In this document: positions 1 to 10,268 of the stretch, one piece after another
Numbering within the stretch: position 1 is the first letter of the stretch
Layout: every line of letters begins with the position of its first letter
Assembly: GCA_963727805.1 (NCBI GenBank)
Contig: CAVSHF010000003.1
Span: forward strand, 32,001 to 96,000
Origin: an uncultured Nitrospiraceae bacterium
Lineage (GTDB): Bacteria; Nitrospirota; Thermodesulfovibrionia; Thermodesulfovibrionales; Dissulfurispiraceae
Length of the DNA stretch: 64,000 nt
Reading direction: 5' to 3'
Position numbers and translations under genes: made by a program
Notes under the pieces: model-generated
What the model was told of the DNA's origin: nothing
The model's input: the letters and a program-made list of their open reading frames with translations, nothing else
Database searches by the model: none

Positions 1-618
1 TTCGGCTCTGAAATCCTCACAAGCGTACTGAACGCCTCTGTCTGAATGAAATATACAGCCTGGATCTGGACCGCGACGACCTACCGCCTGCCTCAAAGCT
101 TCTATAACAAAGCCTGACTTTAGACGATCACTCATGGCCCATCCCACAACCTGACGGGAATAAAGATCCAATACCACCGCCAGATATAACCAGCCTTCCA
201 TTGTCCAAACATAAGTTATATCCGCGACCCATTTTGTATTGGGTCTCTCTGCCATAAAGTTTTGCTCTAGAAGATTCTCCGCAACCGGCAGATTATGCTT
301 GGAGTTCGTCGTCGCCTTGAATTTCTTCTTTGCTTTGCCGACTATCCCATTAGCTCTCATAATGCGCGCCACTCGGTTTTCTCCACATTTTGCCCCGTTG
401 TCACGCAGATCATCGGTTATCCGTGGACTCCCATAGGCCTTGCCACTGTTCTTATGCGATTCTCTTATTCCCAAAAGTATCTTCTCGTTTTCCTTCTGCC
501 TTTTGCTCTGAGGCTCTTTCTTCCACCTGTAATATCCGCTCCTTGATGCTCTTATTTCCCGGCACATCTTCTGCACCCCATGCGAGGAGCTATGCTGGTC
601 CATAAACCAGTATTTCAT
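1..618 (-). CDS. IS3 transposase OrfB (partial, not in ORF track)
   Basis: ATG overlaps the orfA stop (ATGA, 615-618). Translates MKYWFMDQHSSSHGVQKMCREIRASRSGYYRW..., a typical IS3 OrfB start, and continues toward the window edge. Confidence 0.85.
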   Translation of the reverse strand, partial: MKYWFMDQHSSSHGVQKMCREIRASRSGYYRWKKEPQSKRQKENEKILLGIRESHKNSGKAYGSPRITDDLRDNGAKCGENRVARIMRANGIVGKAKKKFKATTNSKHNLPVAENLLEQNFMAERPNTKWVADITYVWTMEGWLYLAVVLDLYSRQVVGWAMSDRLKSGFVIEALRQAVGRRGPDPGCIFHSDRGVQYACEDFRAE

Positions 619-917
619 TTGGGGTGTTTTGAGAAGATGGCCAACGCTTTTTTTAGGATTTCTTTATCCTCTTTCAGACTGGCGTTCTCTTTCTGCAGTC
701 TGCGTAGCTCTTCATCCTGGGTCTTCTGATGCCCCTTGCCAGGAAAACTGCCAGCTGGATCGTCCTTGAGCTGTCGTTTCCATGTGTGTAACAGATTCTC
801 ATGTATCCCAAGACTCCGGGCTACATCAGCTACTGTCCTGCCACCCTCTGTTACAAGCTTGACTGCTTCTTCCTTGAACTGCTTGTCGTACTTCCTTCTT
901 CCACCACGTTCCTGCAT
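615..917 (-). CDS. IS3 transposase OrfA (HTH)
   Basis: RRKYDKQFKEEAVKLV...VARSLGIHENLLHTWKRQ HTH_Tnp_1 pattern, then coiled-coil ...EILKKALAIF; GGAGG RBS. Confidence 0.92.
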   Translation of the reverse strand: MQERGGRRKYDKQFKEEAVKLVTEGGRTVADVARSLGIHENLLHTWKRQLKDDPAGSFPGKGHQKTQDEELRRLQKENASLKEDKEILKKALAIFSKHPK

Positions 918-1354
918 TTGACACCTCCAAGGTTATATTGTACCTAACCTTTCGGGGTGTCCGTCATTTCGGGGGAACTTCAATCCACACTCACCGATGC
1001 TACGGAGTAGCCTGCATTGGTGGTTCCCATTGGTAAAGGCTAATCGCTTTGCCGTAAAAAATTGAAAGTATCGCGTTAGCGTGTGCAACAAAACTTGCAT
1101 TGTCGAGAAGCGGACTTTACCTTAGTACACTGCCCATCAGGTCGAATTGCGGCAATTACATTTCAGCGTGTTGAGATAATTGCGAATTGTCGGTAACTGC
1201 CTCAAATAGCGCTTTGGAGTTTATGTTGAAACACACAACAGAATAAAATCTTTTTAAATCACTTCATAAAAGTAAAAAAATCACGATAAATAATAATGAT
1301 GATGCTTGCTTGAGATCATTGTGATTCAAAATACGAAAACAGGAGGGCTCAACA

Positions 1355-1417
1355 ATGGCTGCAACAAAGAAGCCGTCTAAGAAAGCCTCAAAGAAGCCTG
1401 TTAGCAAAAAGAAGTAG
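1355..1417 (+). CDS. 20-aa Lys-rich micropeptide MAATKKPSKKASKKPVSKKK
   Basis: AGGAGG at 1341-1346, ATG at 1355, TAG at 1415-1417, followed by a perfect hairpin. Below the ORF-track size cutoff. Confidence 0.65.
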   Translation: MAATKKPSKKASKKPVSKKK

Positions 1418-1440
1418 TTTTAAATGTGGCATCGGTTGTG

Positions 1441-1473
1441 AATGGGGTGGTGGAAACACCACCCCATTATTTT
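1441..1473 (+). terminator. Intrinsic terminator
   Basis: Perfect 12-bp stem AATGGGGTGGTG-GAAA-CACCACCCCATT followed by ATTTT. Confidence 0.75.
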
Positions 1474-2060
1474 GTCCAAAGATATAATACAATGCAATAT
1501 AAAAAACGCGATATACGTGTTGGTATTGATCACAAGAAGAATTGAAATATTATCCGGCGCTCCTGCCGGATGTCTTTTGACCATAGAACGGGATGAAATG
1601 CGCATTTACGTCAAACGACTGTCCGTCGCAACCTTTCTTCCTGAAACCAATCCTGTCAATTTTCCGCCGTGAGTGGAATATTCTTTTGGAAATTATTATC
1701 AATGAAAAGCCGTCTTCGTATTGCTTGCGTGCAGTTATCATCATTCTGGCAGATACATTTGATTGAATTTCTGGTCAATAATTTCACCAGAAACAAATCA
1801 AATCTGAGAAACCGCAGGGCGTTTGTAACAGCCACTACTTAACATTTTGGCGATAACTGTTATCACGTGCCCTTATAATTAACGTGGCCGCAACACAGTG
1901 AAGACAATCTTTTTCTAGCGGAGATATGCAAGCCCTGGAAGTCAAAAAAACCTGATCAATTTACTAACCACTTTAAGACAGGAATCCCATCGGAATAACC
2001 GCACATAAAGCTTTTTTGCAAAAAAAACTCGACGCGCCAGTACCACTCCTACTTGGTCAT

Positions 2061-5000
2061 TTAATTATCCAGCATGTCTCTGACTTCTCGTAACAGATCC
2101 TTAGGTGACACCGGTTTAAATATGAATTTCGCATTTTTCTCTGCAAGGACTTCTTTATCAATCCTATCGGCAGTATAACCGCTCACAAATATAACTTTTA
2201 TATCCAGCTTAATTCTCTTTATTTCATCATACACTTCCTTACCGCTCTTCTTAGGCATTATCATATCAAGAAGGACCAGTTGTATTACGTCCTTATTTTC
2301 GATAAACTTCTCTATCGCCTCATCCCCATCTTGAGCAAGAATGACTTTGTATCCATATTGACTAAGAATAGTTTCAGAAAGTTGTCGCAACTTCTCACTG
2401 TCCTCCGTCACCAGTATGGTCTCCGTCCCACCTGACGGCAATAATTCAACTGTTGTCTTAATCTCTTCTTCTTTTGATTCAGCCGCTGGAAGATATATTC
2501 GGAAGGTAGTGCCTTTGCCCACCTCGCTATAGACATCTATGTACCCATTGTGTTGCTTGACAATTCCGTATGCCATTGCAAGTCCAAGACCTGTACCCTT
2601 TCCAGTCTCTTTGGTTGTAAAGAAAGGTTCAAATATCTTTGCCACCGTCTCCTTGCTCATACCAACACCAGTATCCGAGACGGAAATGAGAGCAAACCTT
2701 CCCAGCCTGCCATACCCATGGGCCTGAATAAAAGAATCATCCATCTCCAAACATTCTGTGCTTAAAGTAAGTCTGCCTCCTTTCGGCATCGCATCCCTTG
2801 CATTAGTCGCAAGATTCATAAGCACCTGCTCTATCTGACCTGCGTCAACTATACATTTCACTTCGTTGCATGAAAGTACCGTGTTTATTGTAATATCTTC
2901 ACCGATGACTCTAGAAAGCATTTTCTCGGAAGTCTTTACAATGGCAGTTATTAAAACCAGCTTGGAATTCATGCTCTGTTTTTTGCTGAAGGCAAGAAGG
3001 CTGTGAGTCACTTCGGCCGCTCTATGGACTGAGTCGAGTATCTGATCCATGTCATCCCTGGACGGATCGTTACTATCAAGCCTGGATTGTACCAAATATG
3101 CATACCCCATTATCGCAGACAGAATGTTGTTAAAATCGTGAGCAATTCCTCCGGCAAGTTGACCAACCGCCTCCATTTTCTGAGCCTGCCTGAGTTGGGC
3201 TTCGAGATTCTTCTGTTCAGTTATATCGATTCCTATGCTGGCTGTTCCTGTAATCTTGCCTTCCAAATCATGCAGTATGGTGTTATTCCATAATATCAAG
3301 TGTTCTTTGCCGTCGCGCGTGACGATACTATTTTCATGATGTAAAACTACCTCATCTCCTTTGATTACCGCTGCGAATACTGTTTTCATCCTTTCTCTTT
3401 CCTCGTAAGGGATGCATAGATCAATCCAGTTCCGCCCAAGCAACGCTTCTTTTTCCCAGCCAGTCAGATTCAGAAGATAATCATTGCAGAAAGTCATGTT
3501 GCCGTCACGGTCAAGCAAAATTGCCACAAGCTGGACAGTTTCAAGTAAATCCCTGAATGTTTTTTCAGCAAGGCGCAGCGCTTCTTCCGCTCTCCTGCGC
3601 TCGGTGATATCCTCTACAGTCCCTACATGACCTAAGAAGGCACCATCCGGACTATTAATGGGGGTTCCCAATGCTCGCACCCAAAGAATCCTCCCTCGCG
3701 GGGTCAACACGCGGTGCTCAACTGAAAAGAAACGCCCTGTGTTTGTAGCGCTATTGATCACCTTTGTAACTTCTTGGAGGTCTTCCGGATGGATGAGTTT
3801 GATCCAGCCCTCTCCTGTGAGTTCGGCAGCAGCCATCTCGGTAATTTGCTCCATGCTTGGGTTGCTGTAAATAATATGCCCTGCGCCGTCAGTTCTTACA
3901 ATGCCGATGGGTGCAAAGTCACAGAGGGTTCGGAACAGTTCCTCACTGGCCTGCAGTGCCTTTTCCAGATTTTTGTGCTGGGTGACATCTCGCACTATTG
4001 CACAGTCATACTCGAGGCCGTTGTAGTTGAAGTATTTTGCTATTATCTCAATAGGAAATACATAGCCGTCCTTGGTTTTGTGAAGCGATTCGAATTGGAG
4101 GCTTTTTGACCGCTTTAGAGCTTCCCAGAAAGGTTGCCAAGCTTCTTTTGGGAATATCGGGTCAAAGTCGGCAACAGAGAGCGAGAGAAGTTCTTCGCGG
4201 GTATACCCCAGTTTTTCGCAGGCTACGTCATTGACATTCCATATACGACCATTCGGAGTCATCCAGAAAACCTCTTCCGCTAAGTTATCTATTGTGAAAC
4301 TCTTCAATTTCAGTTCTTCTTCCACTCGCTTACGATCCGTTATGTCCTGAATGACACCAAAAACGATACGCTGTGCAGGATCATATTCAGCCAGTGAGTG
4401 AATATCGATCGTCCTGCCATTGGTTAGTGTGCGGATCTTAAATTCCACGTCATAGGTTCTGCCCTGTTCAACCAGTTCCATCAATGCCTTATCGAGCATA
4501 GGGCGATACTCGGGGAGAACCATTTTCTGCACATCGGACAATTGCCACTCTTTGCCCTCAAGGCCATAGATAATTCTGGCTCCATCGGAGCCGAGGATAA
4601 CTTGTTCGTCTAGCAATAATTCCCAGTTGCCAAAATTAGCCACCTCCTCGGCCCTACGCAGACGTCGTTCGCTCTTCAACAGAACTTCCTCTGCACGTTT
4701 GCGGTCGGTGATGTTGCGGCAGAGTGTCAGAATCCGCAGAGCCCCCGAAACGCGAAGCACTGTGGCGTTGATCTCAACGTGAATAACTTGGCTTGAGGGA
4801 GTAACATAGTCAATCTCAAGGTTGCGGACGAAGCCCTTCTCGACACACTTTCGGACTTCCGCTGCGTTTCGCTCTAGATCGTGCGGGGCAGTCCATTCAA
4901 GCACGCTATGGTCAATGATATCTTCCACCTTTGGCCGACCGGTTAGCTGTGCGTATTCCTGATTAGCATCGATGACGCGGCCTTTATCGTCGAGGATCAC

Positions 5001-5489
5001 ATAACCAGTGCCCGTCGTTTCAATGAGCCGTCGATATTTGTCCTCGCTTTCCCGTAATTCCATCTCGGCGCGATCGCGTTCGGATATGTCTCGAACCAGA
5101 GATATGACGGCAGGTCGTCCATCAAAAGTAAATACGCGGCTATTGATCTCCACAGGAATGCGCCGTCCATCCTTGGCAATATGAATCTGTTTAAACAGAA
5201 CGTTCTTACCGAACTCAAGCTTTCGTGTGATGGAAGCCACATCAACTCCGGAATCGGGTGCGTCGATATCGGATGGTGTCATGAACAGTAGTTCTTCCCG
5301 TGAGTAGCCCAATAGATGACATGCCACCTCGTTAACTTCGATGAAAGTGCCTTTTATCTCATCAGTCTCGACCCAGTGCACTAGCAGAGCATCCGTTATG
5401 CTGTTGAACAGCGCGTAAAACCGATCTTCGCTCTTGCCTAGATTTTTAAACTGTCTGTCTCCTGCGTTCAAATTATCCATATATGCCAC
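2061..5489 (-). CDS. Soluble multi-PAS hybrid histidine kinase (about 6 PAS, HisKA, HATPase, receiver)
   Basis: Repeated PAS/PAC units ending in DITxRK-like motifs; H-box [13 protein letters not shown]-box [15 protein letters not shown]...GTGLGL; C-terminal receiver LLDMIMP...KP; no obvious TM helix. Confidence 0.95.
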   Translation of the reverse strand: MAYMDNLNAGDRQFKNLGKSEDRFYALFNSITDALLVHWVETDEIKGTFIEVNEVACHLLGYSREELLFMTPSDIDAPDSGVDVASITRKLEFGKNVLFKQIHIAKDGRRIPVEINSRVFTFDGRPAVISLVRDISERDRAEMELRESEDKYRRLIETTGTGYVILDDKGRVIDANQEYAQLTGRPKVEDIIDHSVLEWTAPHDLERNAAEVRKCVEKGFVRNLEIDYVTPSSQVIHVEINATVLRVSGALRILTLCRNITDRKRAEEVLLKSERRLRRAEEVANFGNWELLLDEQVILGSDGARIIYGLEGKEWQLSDVQKMVLPEYRPMLDKALMELVEQGRTYDVEFKIRTLTNGRTIDIHSLAEYDPAQRIVFGVIQDITDRKRVEEELKLKSFTIDNLAEEVFWMTPNGRIWNVNDVACEKLGYTREELLSLSVADFDPIFPKEAWQPFWEALKRSKSLQFESLHKTKDGYVFPIEIIAKYFNYNGLEYDCAIVRDVTQHKNLEKALQASEELFRTLCDFAPIGIVRTDGAGHIIYSNPSMEQITEMAAAELTGEGWIKLIHPEDLQEVTKVINSATNTGRFFSVEHRVLTPRGRILWVRALGTPINSPDGAFLGHVGTVEDITERRRAEEALRLAEKTFRDLLETVQLVAILLDRDGNMTFCNDYLLNLTGWEKEALLGRNWIDLCIPYEERERMKTVFAAVIKGDEVVLHHENSIVTRDGKEHLILWNNTILHDLEGKITGTASIGIDITEQKNLEAQLRQAQKMEAVGQLAGGIAHDFNNILSAIMGYAYLVQSRLDSNDPSRDDMDQILDSVHRAAEVTHSLLAFSKKQSMNSKLVLITAIVKTSEKMLSRVIGEDITINTVLSCNEVKCIVDAGQIEQVLMNLATNARDAMPKGGRLTLSTECLEMDDSFIQAHGYGRLGRFALISVSDTGVGMSKETVAKIFEPFFTTKETGKGTGLGLAMAYGIVKQHNGYIDVYSEVGKGTTFRIYLPAAESKEEEIKTTVELLPSGGTETILVTEDSEKLRQLSETILSQYGYKVILAQDGDEAIEKFIENKDVIQLVLLDMIMPKKSGKEVYDEIKRIKLDIKVIFVSGYTADRIDKEVLAEKNAKFIFKPVSPKDLLREVRDMLDN

Positions 5490-5683
5490 CCTAAGTTTCT
5501 CTAATTAAAAAACTCTATTGGGAACAGCCGTTAAGCATTTCTTCTTCCATGACGAAACTATAGCATAAGTGGGACGTTTTGGAAAGAATATAACTGGTCA
5601 AATCAAGGGAGTTAATGACAAGGTTTTTTTTGTTGACTAATTTCGAATGAACTCATCGAAATTCCTCTACGGGCGGTCTTATC

Positions 5684-5911
5684 AATTGCTTGGCGAACAC
5701 CACATTTCTCAGAGATGCAAATCGCTGAGTGTAACAAGGAGACACTCGACAAAACGGCATGGTAGTTTCAAGCTGAAAGTCATCGATTTTACCAGTACCA
5801 GGAATGTGGGGATTACCCAATAAAACTTTTATATCGACTGAGTCGGTAGCCTCCTTATAACACGCCTTGATCTGCATCGCTGAGGAGTGATTTATCCGCC
5901 AAGTAACAATT
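5684..5911. repeat. ~220-bp element with long imperfect terminal inverted repeats (copy 1)
   Basis: Left CTTGGCGAACACCACATTTCTCAGAGATGCAAATC...GTGTAACAAGGAGAC matches the reverse complement of the right end CTTGGCGGATAAATCACTCCTCAGCGATGCAGATC...GTGTTATAAGGAGGC. Related to 47605-47820 and 17992-18050. Confidence 0.6.
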
Positions 5912-5988
5912 TGAAAGTCTGGCTGAGTATTGGGTTGCGATTAACCTAGAGGGGTCGGTTTATAAGATTAACCCACTTAAAAAATGCC

Positions 5989-6028
5989 CTGTGATTAACG
6001 GGCTTTTTATCACGCCCATTAATCACAG
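5989..6028 (-). terminator. Hairpin downstream of the MBL hydrolase gene
   Basis: CTGTGATTAACGGGC / GCCCATTAATCACAG (14 of 15 bp paired); T-run shortly after on the minus strand. Confidence 0.55.
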
Positions 6029-6066
6029 TCCAGATGGAAATAGCGATTATCCCTATACCCGGAAGC

Positions 6067-7110
6067 TTAAGCTTCAAAGGTATACCTGGTTCCAGCCGTA
6101 TTCAAAATGAATTCATTGGGCATCGCCTTGCTGAAAGCCACAATCGCCTCAAATCCGGTACAATGGGTCGGCACGATATAGTCCGGCTTCATCGCTTTGA
6201 TATCGGCTACCGTACTCTGGATAATCTCGGGTTTCGAATTGATCAGATGGAAACCACCCATGATCGCGTGGACCTTATCCGTACCGGCGCTCTTCTGCGC
6301 CTGCTTGACCGTATTGACGATCCCGGCATGCGCGCAGCCGGAAAGGACCACCAGACCTTTTCCTTTTACCTTGAAAAAGACCGCTTGCTCGCCCGGAAAT
6401 GTATCGTGTTCGATCTTTTCGCCGCGCTTTATCTGAAACTTCATCGCTGTCTTCTCATAGTCGGTAACCCTCACGATGTTCCCAGTAAAAAATGCACCGG
6501 GGACGATCTCAACCGGGGTATTCACTTCTATAACCTTGAGCCCGAGCGATTCGATGTCTTCTTTCTTCAGTTGTCCAACGTCAGTGGGCTCTGTTGCGCC
6601 GGGACGGAGCTCGTATCTCCGGGCAAAAGCCTCCTCACCCACATAGAACGGCGTTCCCGCGACGATCCGCGACTGGTTCTGCCTGATGATACTGACCGCG
6701 CTCAGATAGTGGTCCCAATGACCATGGCTCAGGCTAAAGGCATTTGCCTTCCCGACATCAATCCCGAGGAGGGCTATATTGTTTAACACTCCCACGGGGT
6801 CGAGCCCGAAATCGAACATACAGGCACTGATTTTCCCGTTCACTGTTGTTTCTGTGTAGTAAGAAAGGCCGTGTTCCGCGTGAATTGATTTCCCCGGCAT
6901 AGCGACGTACCGTTTCGTGATCTTGTTGTCCGGTCTATTTCTGTCATAGTAGTTGTCTGTAAGCACCCAAATCGTCAATTTATCTACTTCATTAATACCA
7001 GTTGTAGCCTCTGCTATCACGCTTTCCATCATTCTATCTCCTGCCGCGATAAGCGCACCCGTTGCTAATGAATACTTCAGGAACTCTCTACGGCTCACTC
7101 CATTATCCAT
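6067..7110 (-). CDS. Tat-exported MBL-fold metallo-hydrolase
   Basis: SRREFLK twin-arginine motif; AEHGLS, SHGHWDH, GCAHAG, GGFHL and PTHCTG motifs; GGAGG RBS. Confidence 0.9.
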   Translation of the reverse strand: MDNGVSRREFLKYSLATGALIAAGDRMMESVIAEATTGINEVDKLTIWVLTDNYYDRNRPDNKITKRYVAMPGKSIHAEHGLSYYTETTVNGKISACMFDFGLDPVGVLNNIALLGIDVGKANAFSLSHGHWDHYLSAVSIIRQNQSRIVAGTPFYVGEEAFARRYELRPGATEPTDVGQLKKEDIESLGLKVIEVNTPVEIVPGAFFTGNIVRVTDYEKTAMKFQIKRGEKIEHDTFPGEQAVFFKVKGKGLVVLSGCAHAGIVNTVKQAQKSAGTDKVHAIMGGFHLINSKPEIIQSTVADIKAMKPDYIVPTHCTGFEAIVAFSKAMPNEFILNTAGTRYTFEA

Positions 7111-7145
7111 AATCCACCTCCTATGTTTCTAACATCATCTTGCTC

Positions 7146-7256
7146 AAAACAACATGGCCGAACATACCAAAGCCTATCCTTCGGCAGCTCGGCCATCTCC
7201 TTTACAAGATCCGCCGCTTTCTGTCGTCCCTCTCACAAAGAGTTTAGTTTGTCTGG
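7146..7256 (-). ncRNA. GEMM-I cyclic dinucleotide riboswitch with overlapping terminator
   Basis: Minus strand reads GACAAACTAAAC-TCTTT-GTGA-GAGGG-ACGACAGAAAGC-GGCGG-ATCT...AGAT-GGCCGAGCTGCCGAA, matching the GEMM-I layout (GNRA tetraloop P2, GAAAGC junction, ...GCCGAA 3' end). ATGGCCGAG pairs with downstream TTCGGCCAT followed by GTTGTTTT. Lies directly 5' of the MBL gene. Confidence 0.75.
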
Positions 7257-7796
7257 CATAGTCTCAATATAATCAAACATTAGCAGAAAACAAGTCACTT
7301 GTCCATTAATGGTTGTTATTTATGAATGCGTGAGAAGGTCGCGAGTTGGCCCACCGAATATGTTGATTGTACAAACATGGCGTCCCCAGCGTTTCCTAAA
7401 AGACTTATTTTTCGGGAAATCTAGCCCCGCAAATATCAGACTTGCTTTGACAGTTTCTACACAAACAATCTTCACTAAATGCGACATTGGTACTACAATT
7501 ATAATGGCAACGTCCAGCGGAGAATTCTCACTAGATGAATCGCTCGGCAACCTGTCGACTCTTCTCTCACGGGCTATATTACTATACCATCCACTTGCTG
7601 TGTAACTATAAAATGGATAATCTTCTACCAGAAGGATAGGCTCCTTATGTGCCAACGTGACTGGGCACAGTAGGAAACGTCTGGGCTGTGACTGCTTTGC
7701 ATTTTGACACGAGTCATGGATCTGTTACGTTCAGGTACTCGGAGGAGACCATGAGCTGACAGACGGCATTTTTTACAGCAATTACACGGGGGTTAC

Positions 7797-7911
7797 ATGG
7801 ATCAGTCCGCAAGATCAAGAAAATCTGGAAGGGCAGGCCTACCATCGAGGAGGCGAGTGTCCATCTGAAACGGCCTTAGGCAACAACCATGTTCCTCTCT
7901 TCGACTCCTTC
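7797..7911 (+). pseudogene. Pirin-family N-terminal fragment
   Basis: With frameshifts reads RKIKKIWKGRPTIEEASVHLKR/LGNNHVPLFDSF, resembling the pirin start (PTIEGAGVHLKRAFG...PLFDPF); truncated. Confidence 0.6.
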
Positions 7912-7956
7912 GCTAACTGGGTCGCAACCAACACCAAACAATGGAGGTAAGTGACA

Positions 7957-8607
7957 ATGACTAAAATAAAAATGAAATCAACTAACCCAATGTTCCTATT
8001 TATAAGTACAGTGCTGATCACTATCGTGGTTGCGTGGACAAGCGGTGCTTTTGCTGAGATGAAATACGCGCCCGGAAAATATGAAATCGACCCCGTTCAC
8101 ACCCGCGTGTCGTTTATAGTTCCCCATTTTGTCATTTCCCTGGTCGAAGGTCGGTTCGACGATGTTAAGGGAGACTTTACTTTGAACGAACCGTTTTCCG
8201 CATCAAAAGCGAATGTCACGGTTCAAATCGAGTCGATCGACACTGGCGTAAAGCAACGGGACGATGATTTACGGTCAAAGAATTTCTTTGAGGTTTCAAA
8301 ATACCCGACCATGACGTTTGTTGCGAAGTCGTTCAGGGGCACGCCGGATTCTTGTAAGGTAGTGGGCGTCCTTACGATCAAGGATGTCACAAAAGAAGTA
8401 ACCTTTGATGGCAAGTACACTGGAGTGGTAAACGATCCCTGGGGAAACCAGCGCGCAGCGATTCAACTCACGGGTGTAATTAATCGAAGAGACTTCCATA
8501 TCAACTATAGCAAATCGATGGACATTGGCCCCGAGATCGGAGACGAAGTCACGATTCGTATTTTTGCCGATGGGATCATAAAGAAAAAAGGGATCGGAGT
8601 AAAATGA
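7957..8607 (+). CDS. YceI-family (polyisoprenoid-binding) periplasmic protein
   Basis: Signal peptide ...GAFA; YEIDPVHTRVSF, IDTGVKQRDDDLRSKNFF and INRRDF motifs; GGAGG RBS. Confidence 0.92.
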   Translation: MTKIKMKSTNPMFLFISTVLITIVVAWTSGAFAEMKYAPGKYEIDPVHTRVSFIVPHFVISLVEGRFDDVKGDFTLNEPFSASKANVTVQIESIDTGVKQRDDDLRSKNFFEVSKYPTMTFVAKSFRGTPDSCKVVGVLTIKDVTKEVTFDGKYTGVVNDPWGNQRAAIQLTGVINRRDFHINYSKSMDIGPEIGDEVTIRIFADGIIKKKGIGVK

Positions 8608-8654
8608 AGATTAAAAGAACCAGTAGTTAGAACTACCTGTATGGAGGTTAGGCT

Positions 8655-9872
8655 ATGTCAGAAAGCAGAAATGATGAAGCAGGCAATGGGCTGAAACTGA
8701 GTCGCCGTGATTTTATGAAAAATGCAGCTGTTAGTGCGGTTGGCACGGTGGCGTTGGCCGGACTCATGCAGAAAGAAGCATTTGCTACAGAGGCCGCTGC
8801 AACTGCACCTGCAGCTCCAGCGGCACCGGCTGGTAAGCCGGCAGCCCTGACGCTTAATGACGTTCTTAAGGCCGCCCGTGAAAAACTCTATCCATTCTGC
8901 CGCGTCTGTCCTGAGTGTGATGGTGTCGCTTGTGTCGGTGAAATACCGGGCATGGGCGGTATAGGGTCAGGTAAATCGTTCAAGAACAACTACACTTCAC
9001 TGTCCAAGATTGAATTGAACATGCGTACCTTTCATGATGTAAACAAAGTAGACACCTCCGTCACCCTGTTTGGAGAAAAACTTGCTCTTCCAGTCATGTC
9101 TGCTGCTACGGGTGGTACGACATACAATATGGGGTTGAAAGGCAAGATGACCGATGCTGAGTATATTGATGGGCTGTTGGGCGGATGCAGACTTGCCGGT
9201 ACGATCGGATGGGCTGCTGACGGCATTGGTGATCCGCTCGACATTTTTGAAGTGCGCCTCAAGGCGGTTCAGAAATACGAGGGCAAGGCTATCGTTACGA
9301 TCAAACCGAAGACGCAGGAAGAAATCATCAAACGGATACGCCTTATTGAACAGGCCGGAGCAATTGCATTTGCAATAGATATTGATTCCGCCGGGCGCGC
9401 GGCGCGTGCTGTGCCGGGGCAAACTGTTGAGCCTAAAACGCTGAAACAGCTTCGTGAAATTGCAAGCGCCACAAAGCTACCGTTTATTATAAAGGGCGTT
9501 ATGACTGTTGATGAAGCAGCGATGGCGCTCGATGCCGGAGCCTCGGGTATTGTTGTTTCGAATCATGGCGGGCGTGTTCTTGACCACACCCCTGGCACTT
9601 CAGACGTACTGCCAAAGATCGCCGATAAAGTCAAAGGTAAAACCGTGATTCTTGCCGATGGTGCTGTTAGATACGGAACTGATGTTCTGAAGATGCTTGC
9701 GCTCGGAGCTGATGCAGTTCTTGTTGGGAGGCCATTGCTTCGCGGGGCCGTCGGCGGCGGCAAGGAAGGTGTGGCTCTGATGATCAACAAGATGAAGTCA
9801 GAACTTGTCGACTCGATGGTGCTTACCGGAACGGCAAGTGCACGCAAGGTGAGCAAAAGTATTATTGCTTAG
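8655..9872 (+). CDS. FMN-dependent alpha-hydroxy-acid oxidoreductase with Tat signal and Cys cluster
   Basis: SRRDFMK Tat motif; Ala/Pro linker; CRVCPECDGVAC; IIKG, VSNHGGR, DGAVR and GRP FMN-barrel motifs. Confidence 0.9.
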   Translation: MSESRNDEAGNGLKLSRRDFMKNAAVSAVGTVALAGLMQKEAFATEAAATAPAAPAAPAGKPAALTLNDVLKAAREKLYPFCRVCPECDGVACVGEIPGMGGIGSGKSFKNNYTSLSKIELNMRTFHDVNKVDTSVTLFGEKLALPVMSAATGGTTYNMGLKGKMTDAEYIDGLLGGCRLAGTIGWAADGIGDPLDIFEVRLKAVQKYEGKAIVTIKPKTQEEIIKRIRLIEQAGAIAFAIDIDSAGRAARAVPGQTVEPKTLKQLREIASATKLPFIIKGVMTVDEAAMALDAGASGIVVSNHGGRVLDHTPGTSDVLPKIADKVKGKTVILADGAVRYGTDVLKMLALGADAVLVGRPLLRGAVGGGKEGVALMINKMKSELVDSMVLTGTASARKVSKSIIA

Positions 9873-9942
9873 CGTGTCATGCAATGCATTGTGGCAATGA
9901 GATGCCGCTGCCTATTACTGCTGGATACCATGGGGTGAAGGT

Positions 9943-10248
9943 ATGAAGATAACAGTTTTTATTATAATGGCGTTTCTGGTAGTTCTGGCATTCAGCAGCA
10001 CGGCGCCGGCTACCGGAGACGGTAAGGCTCTGATCTATGGCGGCGCCGGACAGGGGAAGGTTATCTTTGATGGCTACGTTCACGCGTCAAAGGGCATGGT
10101 CTGCAAGGACTGCCATATGACCATCTTCCAGACGCAGAAGAAAGCGTTGATAACCATGGATGACCATAGTGCTGATAAGGCGTGCTTTGTCTGCCACAAC
10201 GGCAAAAAAGCCTTTAACGACTGTGAACAATGCCACAGAAAATTCTAG
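9943..10248 (+). CDS. Triheme cytochrome c7 (PpcA-like)
   Basis: Signal peptide; GKVIFDGYVH; three CxxCH motifs (CKDCH, CFVCH, CEQCH). Confidence 0.88.
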   Translation: MKITVFIIMAFLVVLAFSSTAPATGDGKALIYGGAGQGKVIFDGYVHASKGMVCKDCHMTIFQTQKKALITMDDHSADKACFVCHNGKKAFNDCEQCHRKF

Positions 10249-10268
10249 AAATGAATGTGAGGATGCGC

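Larger units (their letters stand above)
1..982 (-). mobile_element. IS3-family insertion sequence (one end in window; rest runs off the left edge)
   Basis: orfA/orfB pair on the minus strand. Terminal sequence 5'-TGAAGTTCCCCCGAAATGACGGACAC starts with TG at 982. A7G slippery motif (CTAAAAAAAGCG) at ~647-657 near the orfA end. Confidence 0.9.

Noticed and set aside
6034..6786. 250-aa plus-strand ORF
   Set aside because: Antisense shadow of the MBL hydrolase; no motifs.
7320..7655. ORF beginning with receiver-like PILLVED
   Set aside because: Similarity ends after about 10 residues; at most a tiny remnant.
7741..7880. GGAGGAG-ATG-AGC-TGA open frame as a Sec peptide
   Set aside because: No SECIS-like stem; the downstream frame is explained by the pirin remnant.
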